Source of the DNA: Amoebidium appalachense
Lineage: Eukaryota; Protista; Ichthyosporea
Assembly: GCA_963693365.1 (NCBI GenBank)
Contig: CAVNZM010000005.1
Span: 6,145,167-6,209,166, forward strand
DNA length: 64,000 nt
Direction: 5' to 3'
The notes beneath the pieces were generated by a model. That model was not told the origin of the DNA. It saw only the letters and a program-made list of their open reading frames with translations, and searched no databases. The position numbers were made by a program, and so were the translations under genes. Positions 39,228 to 52,537 of this stretch are shown here, piece after piece; within the stretch, counting starts at the first letter, position 1, and every line of letters begins with the position of its first letter.

Positions 39228-39345
39228 ACACATTCCAGCTCCCCCATGGTAACGGGCACGTCCATTCTTGGTCTCAAGTACAACGGTGGTGTCATGATTG
39301 CCGCAGATACACTCGGTGAGTATTTTTTTCCTCCTCCTTTTTTTT

Positions 39346-39376
<31 letters not shown>

Positions 39377-39794
39377 GTATTTCCCCCCCTTGGTTATTGG
39401 ATCTTGGTTATCGAGCTCCCTCCCCCCGTCAGGCGCACACATACAAACACTGCATCCCCCCCTCCTTCCATGCGACTTTACCTTTTGCTCTAGTTGTTCT
39501 GATGTCTTGTAGAGCTGCACCATACTCTTTGCATGTTCCCTTCTTACACTCCGGGGCTGTTTCATTGCCAACTCCATCCACTTGTTTTTTTGCCAACCCC
39601 TTACCCCCTCCACCGGCGTTTCATCCCATAAACTGCGCTGTGCTCTTCTTTTCTTTTTTTCACTCTCCAATGTGTACGGAAGTGCAAATTCTTGACCTTT
39701 TCGTGCCTACCTGACACACACACACACACACACACACAACACACACATATCTGCACTCGCATGTCGTGTTTAAGAGTAGCCCCCCCCCCCCCCC

Positions 39795-39877
<83 letters not shown>

Positions 39878-39882
39878 TTCCT

Positions 39883-39926
<44 letters not shown>

Positions 39927-39987
39927 GCGCCTGTTGTTTTGCTTGTCATTTGTTGTTCTGGTTGATTACCTGTAATCTTCGCTTATT

Positions 39988-40022
<35 letters not shown>

Positions 40023-41028
40023 TGTGCGGGGTTGCACATACCGGTGTCTACTTTTCTTCTTACTGTTTTTCTCTCCACACACTTCATCTGTCCACTTCTG
40101 CATACCCCCTTTCATAGCTATAGACACACTTCACACATTGCGTTACGCGCACGCATGCACACACCGCTCTGTTGGCGACAGCTCCCTTGGAACCCATGCG
40201 GCATGTTACCCGCCGGCGTAACATAACTCGGACTATCGGTTTGGCTTTTTTCAAGCCCAAAGCAATGGGTGATACCATATTTCCGGCTGACATCCGGGGG
40301 CATAGCTTTCCGTTCGAAGACGATAAAGTTCCGCCCTAGTAAGCGTGTTACTACCCTGCGGCGTGGGTCAAATCTCATATTTTCCCCTCTGATTACGAAT
40401 TCTGTGGCCTTCGGGACTTAATTCTTTTCAGCTGGTGTAGTATGTTAGCCAGGGAAGTATCGACTTAGGTATCGACGGGGGAGCTTCCTAGAAGCCCCGT
40501 CTCCTGAGTTCCTATCTATATTTTTCTTGCTTCTGCTTACTGCTGCAACTTTAACCCCCGGCCTTTCCCACTGCCCTTGCCTGCATAAGCAACCCTGCTC
40601 GTCTCTGATCAAGACGGGTGACCTACTCATGTTCAAGTGAAACAGTATCTGAGTTGGGTTTCGTTAACGAGGGGAATAGGTCGAAACTCGGGTACTGTGG
40701 ATGACGTGGGCCCCCCCTGAGGATGGGCTCTGCTTATTATGCATACTCTTTATGTATGGCTTGCATTCTGCATCGTGTTATCCGTTTGTTCTTGTGTACT
40801 TCGTACTTTTTGACGCATTCAAAACCCCCCCCCCCCGCTGGCCCCCGGGGGGACCACCACAACCATCCCAACAACCACCAAAAAAAAGAAATAGGAAAAA
40901 GGAAAAACTCATTCCAAAAGTCCTAACGTGGTTTGATTGTGCTCAGGACACACACGCCTGCAGGCACACACGTGTGTGCATGTACACGTACACACACTTG
41001 CGGACTCACGTCATGTACACACATGCGT

Positions 41029-41070
<42 letters not shown>

Positions 41071-41944
41071 CCTAAACGCACAACCTTCTCCCCTGCCTCT
41101 GCCGTTAGGCATGATGTTCCCTGGAACGATGTGCATGTCTTGTGTTCTTGCCTGTACGTTTGGCGCCTGATACACAAGTCTCCCCCTGCCCCCCCCCCCC
41201 CCCCCCCCCCCCAAACCACCAGCACCACCACTACCACCACTACCGAACAAAGAAAAAAAGGGGGGGGGGGGGGGGGGGGGGAAGGTCAGAGAGCTTTAAC
41301 CGCTTAGCATGTTCTCTTGTGGCATAAATCCCCCCCCCCCCCCCCCCCCCCCCCGTCCCCTGTCCCGCGTCCCCCTCCCCCGGCTTATGGGGTGAAGGAG
41401 ATGCAGTTAATGACGTGGGCGCCCATGAAGCTCGGTTCTGTGTGTCTTGCATAAAGTGTGTGTTGCTGATATTGCATGCTTTTATTCGTTCCGTGTTCCA
41501 CATTCTTCCTCTTCGGCCTCCCGCTTTACTTCCATGCAACCGGGCATGGTCGCTCTGTGTCGTGCATCTGTAAGCACATACGCATTTTTCGCTGCACTGC
41601 ATTAGTTTGCACACACATCTTCACCGTTTCGCTCACCTTGCTTGCATAAGCAACCCTGCTCGTCTTTGATCAAGACGGGTTGACCCCCCCAAGTTCAGTT
41701 GATGCTGCTGTCTGAGTTGGAGCGTCGTATATACGCGGGCTAAGGGGTCGAAACTCAGACGCAATTGATGACTTGGGTCCTCCCTGAGGATGGGCTCTGC
41801 TTATGACGCATACTGTGCACGTGGCTGATGTTGCATACTTGAATGTTTGCCTTTGCATGTGTCCTGCACCATGCTTCTCGTCGTGTATGTGTACTTCGTA
41901 CCGTGTTCCGCATTCAAACCCCCTCCCCTCCCTCCCTCCCTCCC

Positions 41945-41990
<46 letters not shown>

Positions 41991-42481
41991 ACACACACCA
42001 CAACACACACACCCGACCACCACACCACCACCACCTTTTGGAGGATATACTCTGCTTATAATGCATACTCTTTGTATGGTTTGTGCAGTTTGCACACTGC
42101 ATTGTGTTGTCCGGTGTAAATGTGTACACCGTACTTTATGGCCCTGTAAAAACCCCTTCCCCCTCCCCCCGGAGAACCATACATTCACTGACTGATATGT
42201 TTTTTTCAGCGTCATACGGGTCACTTGCACGGTTCCGGCAGATCTCTCGTCTGTACCAAGTCAACGACCAGGTGGTGGTGGCAGGGTCGGGGGACCTGGC
42301 TGACTTCCAGTACATCATGAGGGACCTCGAGGACTTGCAGTATGTATTACCCTGATTTTTAGATGGTTAATTTTTTTAATATCATGGCATGGGTGTTTTA
42401 ATTTGAGAGGCTTGGAGAATTTTGCAGTATGTCCACGCGGCCGGCCTTTTAATTCATTCAAAGATTCAAATATTATGACAT

Positions 42482-42512
<31 letters not shown>

Positions 42513-42570
42513 TTTGGATTCGGCATGATATGCGTACATGCACATGCATGCGCGCACGTACACACACACG

Positions 42571-42649
<79 letters not shown>

Positions 42650-43336
42650 AACACACACACTTAGCACACACGATTAACACACTCAATCAACGAATGTTGT
42701 CAAGAGGTGCTGCAGAGACACATGTGTTTCCCTCTATTTCTTTGCTCCGTTCCTCATGTTCCTTCCTCTCTTCTTTTCTTGTCATAGTGTGCTCCATATC
42801 CTGATTGATATTTTTTACTCTTCTCTCTCTCTTTCTCCATCTCTCCCGCCCCCCTCTCTTACGTCCCTCCCTCCCTTTCTCCGTCTCTCCGTCCCTCCCT
42901 CCCTTTCTCCCTCCCTTCCTCCCCACCGCCTTTTCCCCTATCTGCCTCCCCCTCTCCTTCCCTTCTTTCCTCCCTTCTTCCCTCCCTCCCTCCCTTCCCT
43001 TCCCATTGATACACACAAGTAGACACACACACATGGCTTACCCACACTTATCCACTCACGGACGCTTATTCACACACGTGCGTGTGCGCACTCATTAACA
43101 CACACACACAAACACACACACAACCACAAACACAAACAACACACACACATGTTTGTGTGCCCCCCCCCCCCACACACACACACACACGCACACACGCACA
43201 TGCACCCCTCCCCCCCCCCCTACACCTACACAATTGCCCCTTCCCTCCTTCTTCCCCCCCCCCCCCCCCCCCCCCCCCCCCACACACACACACAAACACA
43301 CCTACACACTTTGCCCCCCTTCCCGCCTTCCCCCCC

Positions 43337-43392
<56 letters not shown>

Positions 43393-43410
43393 CACACCCC
43401 TGCCCGCCCG

Positions 43411-43480
<70 letters not shown>

Positions 43481-43687
43481 AACACACATACACACACGTA
43501 CAGGCTGGACAATGATGTGCTTCATGACGGGCACAAGGTCACGTCCAAGGCCGTGTACTCGCACCTTACCCGGGTCATGTATGGCCGCCGCAACAAGTTT
43601 GACCCTCTGTGGAATCAACTGGTCGTGGCTGGCGTCACCGACGGAAAGCCGTATGTGCCCCCCCCCCCCCCCCCCCCCCCCCACCCC

Positions 43688-43726
<39 letters not shown>

Positions 43727-44237
43727 ACAACACATATGTGTGCACGCATACCATAACGTATTATGTATCTGAGGTTTACGGGTTTATGGTGCTTTTCCAT
43801 CTTCGATTTTTTTCCGTTGTTTTAATTTTTATTTTTTTATTTTTTTATTTTTGGCGAGCAACCCCCCCCCCCCTCCACCACCACCACCACCACCACCCCT
43901 CCACACACACACACACACAACACACACACACACACACTCACACACTCACACACTCACACACTCACACACTCACACACACAACAAGAACAAGAACCAGCCT
44001 ACCACCCCTGAAGCTTCCTCTTATGGGGAGCAACAACCATCCCTGCACTAAACTGCGTATTCACGAACGTTTTATTGTCTTTGTTTGTCATTCTGTCTTT
44101 ATTTTATTTTATTTAGATAAGTTCTCGTGTTATGTCTACGTGATTTTGCACAGTGTTCGTTCAGATGCATGTGCGTTAGTGCATGGCGTTGATGAATAAG
44201 GAGGTGGTGTGTGTGTGTGTGTGTGTGTGGGTTTGGG

Positions 44238-44270
<33 letters not shown>

Positions 44271-44671
44271 TGAAGTCGCTTGATGAATAATCTTCTCCCC
44301 ACTCTTTCCTTCTAGTTCGCATCTCACTAATCCTTTCTTGTTGTTTGCTCACATACACTACTTTTTTCGGTTGGTGTTTTCCCCTTTGAGTCAATAATGT
44401 AAGGTATTTTTGCATGTATTGCTTGGGGCACTCTGTTTACCGCATATGGTAGGTTGATAAGAAATCGGCAAGGTGCGATTGATGAGCCTAATTGGTACTT
44501 TTTTTGCAGAACACTTGGCTACGTGGACAAAATCGGCATTGCCTACGAGACGGCCTGTGTGGGTACCGGCTATGGTGCATACATCGGCATCCCACTCCTC
44601 AGAGCAGGTGTGTGTACGTGTGCGGGTTCGTGTGTGTGTGCGTGTGTGTGCGTGTGTGTGTGCGTGTGTGT

Positions 44672-44712
<41 letters not shown>

Positions 44713-44872
44713 TACGTGTGTGGGTGTCTACGTGTGTGTGTCTGTCTACGTATATGTGTGCCCGTGCACTCACTGTTTAGGTAAGGAGATGAAGGAGTTT
44801 GATTTGGGCGCCTACGTTATGTAATGTGCCTGCCCATTAGTTAGGAAAAGCATGTGTGCTCTACCACCTCAA

Positions 44873-44915
<43 letters not shown>

Positions 44916-45362
44916 AAAAAAAAAAAAAACCCTCTCCACCCTACCCCTTAACTGCACAATCCCTCCCCCCTCCCCCCCCCCCCCCCCCCCCCCCCCCTTC
45001 TCCCTCCTTTTCCCCTGCCCACATGCACGGGTCGTTGCTCTGAGGGGTGGATCTCTGTAGCGTGTGCAAATGCTCTTGTGTGAAGAGTGTGCTCCAGTGC
45101 ACGGCGGCTTTCTAACGCCTTCCCTTTCTCTCCTGCCCTCCCTCCCTCCCTCCCTCTCTCCCTCCCGCCTTCCCCTCCCCCCCCCCCCCCCCCCCCCTTC
45201 CCCTCCCCCTTCTCTCTCCCTCCCTCCCCCTTACCTGCCTTTTTTGCATAAAGCCCAGGAGAAGAATCCACAAATGAATGCTGAGGAGGCCAAGCAACTC
45301 CTGGAGGAGTGCATGAAGGTCATGTTCTACAGAGACGCACGCGCATCAGACAGGGTAGGCAG

Positions 45363-45428
<66 letters not shown>

Positions 45429-45533
45429 CAACCACGTACGCACATAGGCAGACATGCGCATGCACACGCGTGTGCGCGCACACACACACACACACACATA
45501 CATGTGTGCACATAGAGCGTGCCACGCACGCAT

Positions 45534-45595
<62 letters not shown>

Positions 45596-45736
45596 TCCGC
45601 ATTTACCCCCCCCCCCCTTCCCCTTCGCATTTACCCCCCTTCCCCCTCCCCCTTCGGAAAAAAAGGGAAGATGTGAATATAACTATGAATAAAAATATGG
45701 GGAGAGGCAGACAGACAGGGAGAAAAGGGGGGAGAG

Positions 45737-45791
<55 letters not shown>

Positions 45792-46148
45792 AAAGGAGGG
45801 GGGGGGGGGGGGAGTGAGAGAAGGGAGGGGGGGGGGGGGGGGGGAGGAGGGGGGAGGGGAGGGAGGGAGAGAGGGAGGGAGGGAGAAGTAGTAGAAGAAG
45901 AAGCAGGAGTAGAAAGAACGTGCTGGTCCTTGTTTCTGTTGTTGATCTTTTGGTCCTTCTGTTTTTTGGTATCGGTCGAAAAAACACGACACTTTTTTTT
46001 TTTTTTTTTTTTTTTTTTCCCCTCGCTCACACCCTTTGTACGACAGATCGAAATTGCCAACATCACTGCGGAGGGTGTGACGTTGATTCCGGCCTACAGC
46101 CTGCAGACCAACTGGGAGGTGGCCAACATGATCACCGGCTACGTGTGA
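38089..46148 (+). CDS. PSMB4: 20S proteasome subunit beta type-4 (beta7/Pre4), ~236 aa
   Basis: 7 exons total 711 nt: 38089-38144, 39239-39315, 42210-42339, 43504-43650, 44510-44607, 45254-45354, 46047-46148. Motifs [52 protein letters not shown] and FYRDAR. Confidence 0.96.
40127..40822 (+). mobile_element. Non-coding interspersed repeat, subfamily 1, full length 696 bp (structured core)
   Basis: Second near-identical copy of 23255-23950; ends GCATTCAA followed by AA and a C-run. Confidence 0.9.
41521..41918 (+). mobile_element. Interspersed repeat, subfamily 2, 398 bp (same core, different 5' part)
   Basis: Near-identical to the reverse complement of 61202-61599. Flanked by degenerate 3'-end copies at ~41409-41505 and ~42041-42152. 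Confidence 0.88.
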
Positions 46149-46385
46149 GCTGCCTCCCTGGTGGTGGCCTGCAAAAAATAAAGTCGAGACTGCTGTTAAG
46201 TTGTTTGTTGGAATGGCGGGGGAAGAAATGGAGAATGATACATATGATCTGCAAGGTTGAAAACGGGTGGTTGAACATGCCACGTTTTTGCATTCTTTCG
46301 GGGTGCTTTACCCCTAGATCTAACTAAATTAAAGATAAAAGCTATTGTGTGTTGTGCGCTCAGTATATTTCCTTCCCTCCCTCCC

Positions 46386-46416
<31 letters not shown>

Positions 46417-47144
46417 ACACACATACACACACACACACATACACACGACCTGCAGCTGTGTGTGTGTGCGTGTATGTGTGCAACTTTGTCAACCATGTGC
46501 GTGATGAACGCAAATGTCACTACGTGCACGTGCCACACATGTTTGTACTTACGTGTGACTGTGTTTGTGTGTGCCATTGGGGTGTATTATTGATCATCCA
46601 TGATGCACAACGTCATGCATATGGCTGTCGACTTTTTGTGCACAAACAACAAACTAATGACCATTTTGGGTAGTATGTGCCGGATGTGCCACGTGTCTGT
46701 ACGTGTGCGCGTGTGACTGTACGACGGTGGCGCTGTGTGTACCGTACGAAGTAATATAACGGTGCACGTGCACCTTTGCACGTGTGATCAACTGTGTGGG
46801 CGTACGCGTAGTGTGTGTGTGATCCACTGTGTACGTGTACGTGTACGTGTGTGTGTGTGTGTGTGCATGTGTGTGCGTGTGTGTGTGTGTGTGTGTGCGT
46901 GTGTGTGTGTGTGACATGTGACGTGTGTGTTCACGCATGTGTGCGTGTGTGTGGCACAAGGCTTGTGTCCGGAATAATGCCATTCCAGAAGAATTCCGCG
47001 CCGGTCCCGGGGCCGGAGTCCGCGGATCTCGAGGAGTCGGGACGTTGAACTTCGGAACCCGTCCGCCGGACACACAATCGTACACGCTAAAAAAACACAC
47101 ACATACACACCGTCAATGTGGCACACACACACATGTACACACGC

Positions 47145-47185
<41 letters not shown>

Positions 47186-48393
47186 TCACACACACCGTCA
47201 CACGTACACACACGTCACTACACAAACGTATCACTCAATCGCAGATGCTGGCACACACGGCACGGCCCATGGTAACGATCCAACCGATAGCGCCATCTAT
47301 GAATCCAAGCAGCCGCGCGCTGACGTATTTGTGTAGCCGTAAATATGTGGTCTAATACCTGAATACCTCTCTTCCCTCTTTCGAGTTCCCTCTCCTCCCC
47401 CCGCCTACTCTCCCTCCTCCCTTCCCGCCCCTCGCCAGCCCTACCAGGCCCGTTCCAGTTTGTCCAAGTTCGCACGGCGTGCACGTGCAACGAATGTACA
47501 CAAAAGGTCATTGCAGCATAACTACAAATCGGCATATTCTTTTTTTGTTGGCTGCATGTGATTGGCACATTTTCAAGTTTTGATGCGACGCATTCTTGCG
47601 TGACATTGTAGGGAGACTGTCATTGGCATACATTTTGGTTTTCAGCTTAAATGAAAAGGTGCTTAATGTGGTTATAAATCCAGTATCAATTTTACAATAT
47701 ACGTTTCCTTTTTTTTTCTCACTATTGAAGTTATATACGCAGTTGTGACTTTTCACCTGCATAGGGGGTTCCGGAACCTTGCACTTCTATATAGACGACG
47801 ATTCCCTGCCCATTGGAATAGGATCATGTAAAAATCTGACCTCATTGTGCTTTGGGAACTCAATTGGCTCATAAACGCTTTTGATTAGTCCTGTGGTCCA
47901 GATCTTGGAGAAAGCAACCAATCCGATGACGGATTGCTATCGAGGAGGGTAAAACATCCCCTGCATGCTGACGACATAGTTGCCACGAGTCAACCTTCAT
48001 CCTTGGCACCGTGACAGAGTCATTTTGTTCATTAAGAGAGTGCTTGTTTTGTTCATAGGAATGATCTGGGGGTGTTTACATATCAGGCTGGCGTTATGTT
48101 CTTGGTGTAGTTATGATAAATTATTGCAGCAAAAGCTGAAGTGTGGGGGCTTTAACCAGTTTTTATAGCAAACGAGCGCATAAGTTTTCTTGACTTGAAG
48201 TGGCATTGCACAAATTCGCTCCCATTTGACAGAGCAGCATACACTTCTATCTATAATCTCTGTGCAATCATTTTGATGTCCCTTTGCTACACATGAAAAA
48301 ATATCCAAACCAGAAAATTCAAGCACTCTAGAGGTTCCCAAGAACTGACGGCGTTCTTCACACGCCTGTCACGGCGTAGGAGCAAACGTAAAC

Positions 48394-49889
48394 ATGCTCC
48401 GACTCGTTGCTTTCACCGCCGGCGTTCTTGGCTGGGCTTCTGGTGCTACCTCAGAACGAAGTATGTTTCCTGACACGCTGTGAAATTCTGTGTTGTTGTT
48501 TGTAGATTATTGTGGTATACTTGTGGCACTTGTTGACAGAATGCTTTGGTGTGAACGGCGTCTACAGGCGTTGGTTTGCGCTTGCGAGAGGTGGTTGTGG
48601 TCAGAGGGCAAGAGTTTTTTAACGTGCACTTGTTTGGCAGCTTGTGTGCTCCTGCTTTTGGTTGCTAAAGGGCTTCGTGTGTGAGCTCATGTATTTGTGT
48701 GATCTGTGGTGTTTATGCATCTGCATGATTGAATTGCCATCTGACAAGATGATGATCTACCCCTTTTTCCCCGCTAACGAAATAATAAAAAAGTTTTGAC
48801 CTTTGTGTTTGTCGGTTCTGGCGTATTCTGTTTGGCGTATTCTGTAATTGAGAGCGCAAAAGCTGCACGTCCTCCATGTGCTAGGGCAACCTCGTGTGTC
48901 TTTTGTGCTGAAAGGCTCTTGATTTTGGAATGCGGAATCATGGCTTTTGTCCTTGGGCATGCCACACAAGATCTTGGGACAAGCTTCATGGTTTTTCCTT
49001 TGCTTAAGGCCGACAAACATTTACACACTGAGCCCTGTTTTATAGTCTCTGACATATATGTAGGGTTTATTCACCCACTACCCTTCTTTTCTCGTTCTTG
49101 CGCCAACTCATTCTTCTATCCCTCTCCATACACCTTGTGCGTGTGCTCTTGCTTCGCCCTTTTGTTAGTATCAACCCCTGTAACCGGTGTCCTCCAAAAC
49201 ACTACCCCTGCTCGTTGTATGCTTCCTTTTCCTTGTTATCTGTCTGTGGCTTCGCGAACCCCTGTTCCTCTTCTTCCCCCCTCCCGACTTCCCCCCTCTT
49301 CCTAAACCCCCCCCCCCCCAAAAAAAAAAAAAAAAAAAAATAACCACCTCTACCACTGTTACTGCCACACCTGTTGCCTTTTCTTTTATTGTTTCTGGCT
49401 GTTTTAATGATTACTCCAGCATAAGGCCAATCCCTGTGTAGCAATGAACACAAAACATCACTGACAACTTTTTCCCCCCTTATGTATTCAGGAGCGCTTT
49501 CACCCCATGTGCACCACTTTGAGCCACTGAGTATGGACCTGAGGCCACACATTGCCAACCAGCGCACGAGGAGAGACGGGTCTCAGGAGCCAATCACCGT
49601 CGAGGTGTCTGTTTTCAACAGGTGGGTGGATTGAATGGGTGGGAGAATGTGCGTTTAGTGAAGGGGGGGAAAGGGGAGGGGAGGGGGAGGGGGGACGGGG
49701 GGAAGAGGAGGATGGGAATGGAAGGGGGAGGTGGAGGCATATGGGTGGTGTGCTGTGTGTGCGCGCTGAGGCATGCAGTTTACTGTGTTTTTCAGACTGT
49801 CCGTTTAAAGTTTGTTGATGGTGCCAATATAATGGGAGTCAGGGGTAGGCTCGGTTGTTTGTTTTTTTTTTTTTTTTTTTTTTTTTTGG

Positions 49890-49925
<36 letters not shown>

Positions 49926-50070
49926 GAATAGAATAAGCGGATACAGTTTGGATCTAGGGACATGGGTTGCCGTCGTGAGTGATTGACTGTTTGCACAAGC
50001 GCATAATCCATGGTGCACATACATGCCCCTTGTGAAAAAAAAGAGAAGCAAACACACTCATGACTATTGG

Positions 50071-50103
<33 letters not shown>

Positions 50104-50120
50104 ACACTTACACACACATA

Positions 50121-50152
<32 letters not shown>

Positions 50153-50285
50153 GGACACTCCCGCTTGAGCTTATTCATGTAGGAGCCAGTAAGGTGCCAA
50201 TTACGATTGTCAGAGAAGGTGCCTCCATCAACCTGGACCCTGCCAGCCTCCCAATATACGAGGGCAGGGTAACAGGTGTGTGTGT

Positions 50286-50341
<56 letters not shown>

Positions 50342-50676
50342 GTGTGCTTATGAAAGTAAGGTGTTTGCGTGCGGTGTTTTAAATGTAACTGTGTGTGTGT
50401 GGATGTGTGTTTGTGTATGCCTGTCTTCATGTGTGTACAAGTCTCGTTGTCCGTGTGTATGTGTATGTATTCATGTCTGTGTGTACACCTGAGCACACAT
50501 ATCGTGATTTGTTTTTTTTGTTCCATGCACAGGCGACCGGGGAAAGGGGGGGGGGGGGTGTCCGGACATGCGACTCTGAGTGGTGTGCGATTGGGCGAGT
50601 GGTATCTGTTTGTGCGTGGGACAACATATATGTGGATGTGGGTGTGCTGATTTTTATCTCTTATTTCTCTTTAGCG

Positions 50677-50734
<58 letters not shown>

Positions 50735-51461
50735 AGTGGGGTGGGGGGGGGGGGGGTTATGTTGACCGAGATCCTGCGCTTCATGAAATGTTATTATTTT
50801 TCTGGATTTTTCCTGATTTTTTTCTGTTTTACAGGACTGAAGGATGCAGTCGTTCGTGGCCGCATCTTTGACGGTGTGTTCGAAGGGTCGATACACCTCG
50901 ACGACGACACGATCCATTTCGAAAAAGCGGCAAAGTTTTTTGGTGAAAACGCGGGGTTTAACACTGTTGCGTACATGTGGTCGGACGTGAGCTTCACCGA
51001 CAGCAGAGGGAGACAAATTTGCGGCGAGGAGGCTCACAACCTGCTCAAGACCCTCAGGATCGAACCGAAAACCCCGGAATCTCAACACGGAAATACGAAA
51101 TTCCACGAGATAGTGGAAGGGGACGAGAGGTCCGGAAAACGGAAATACACGCGCCGCGCCACGCTTTCGGCGACTCAGAACACATGCTTGGTTAAGTTGG
51201 TAGCCGACCAGACGTTTTTCGCATCCAAGGGAGGGGAGACTCAGGCGATTGCTGCTATGGATTATCTCTTGGATCGCGCAAATGCGATTTACAACACGAC
51301 GGATTTCTTTCTGAGCACTCAGAACCAGGCGGTTAATCTGGCACCGCATAGCTACCTAGGTGGGTGGTTTGTGTGTGGGTGGGTGTGCCTGGGTGCCTGG
51401 GTGATGGGGGAAGGGGATGGTGGGGTTTGTGGGTGGGTGGGTGGGTGGTTGGGGGGATGGC

Positions 51462-51506
<45 letters not shown>

Positions 51507-51512
51507 TGTGTG

Positions 51513-51546
<34 letters not shown>

Positions 51547-51655
51547 CATGGTCATGCGCTTGCTCTCATATAATTTTAAGCACATCCAAGAATAACTGAA
51601 AGTTGTTAGTAAATCGGGAAGTTATGGCAATGGGAAAGGCGACCTGGTGTGTGTC

Positions 51656-51687
<32 letters not shown>

Positions 51688-52492
51688 TTTGTTTGTTGGT
51701 TTGTTTGTTTGTTTGGGGGGAATGGGAATGAGTAGTGGGAGGGGAAGGGGTCCCTACCTAGCAAGTTTCGGTGACATGGTGTGTCCACTTGTTTTCTTGC
51801 CTATCGTGCTAACCATTGCAATCCCCTCCCCCCCCCCCCCCCCCCCCCCCCCCCCGGAACACACACACACTCACACCGAGCCCCCATCCTCACGACCCCA
51901 CCCACGTCACTCCCTTCAGCTTACCTCTAACAACACGCGCGCGCACGCACGCGCGCACACACACACACACACACACGCCCTATACCCCCACACGTGCACA
52001 TACAGTCTACACGGACACAGGCACGAACAACCCCGTTCCCGACGTGTCTCTCTCTGTCACCAACACCCTTATGGCGTTCAGTAAACCTGTTTGGGATGAC
52101 GTGTGCCTTGCCCATCTGTTTGTCCACCGCGAATATGCGGACGGGGTTTTAGGCTTGGCTTGGGTCGCCGACCCGTCCGCAAACGGAAACGCCGGGGGGA
52201 TCTGTCAGAAGAGGGTGAAATCTTACAACGGGGAGTTGAATCTTAACACCGGGCTGTCCTCGACTATGAACTACGGGTCGGTGGTGCCAGAGGCCGTCTC
52301 GATTGCCACTGTGGCCCATGAGATTGGGCATAATTTCGGATCACCGGTATAGGATCCCCCCCCCCCCCCCCCCCCCCCCCCCCCTTTTTTTCCCTCTTGC
52401 CCAGCTTGCGCATCTGAGTGTTTGGTGGGGTGCTGGGCCGGTAATGTTCCTTATTTATTTTTTTATTTCTGTTTTCATTTTTTTTTTTTTTT

Positions 52493-52537
<45 letters not shown>

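Noticed and set aside
41744-41800. Hammerhead ribozyme in the repeat core (CGAAAC ... GTC ... CTGAGGA)
   Set aside because: No stem I or stem II can form in the required order, and subfamily 1 lacks the UH triplet.
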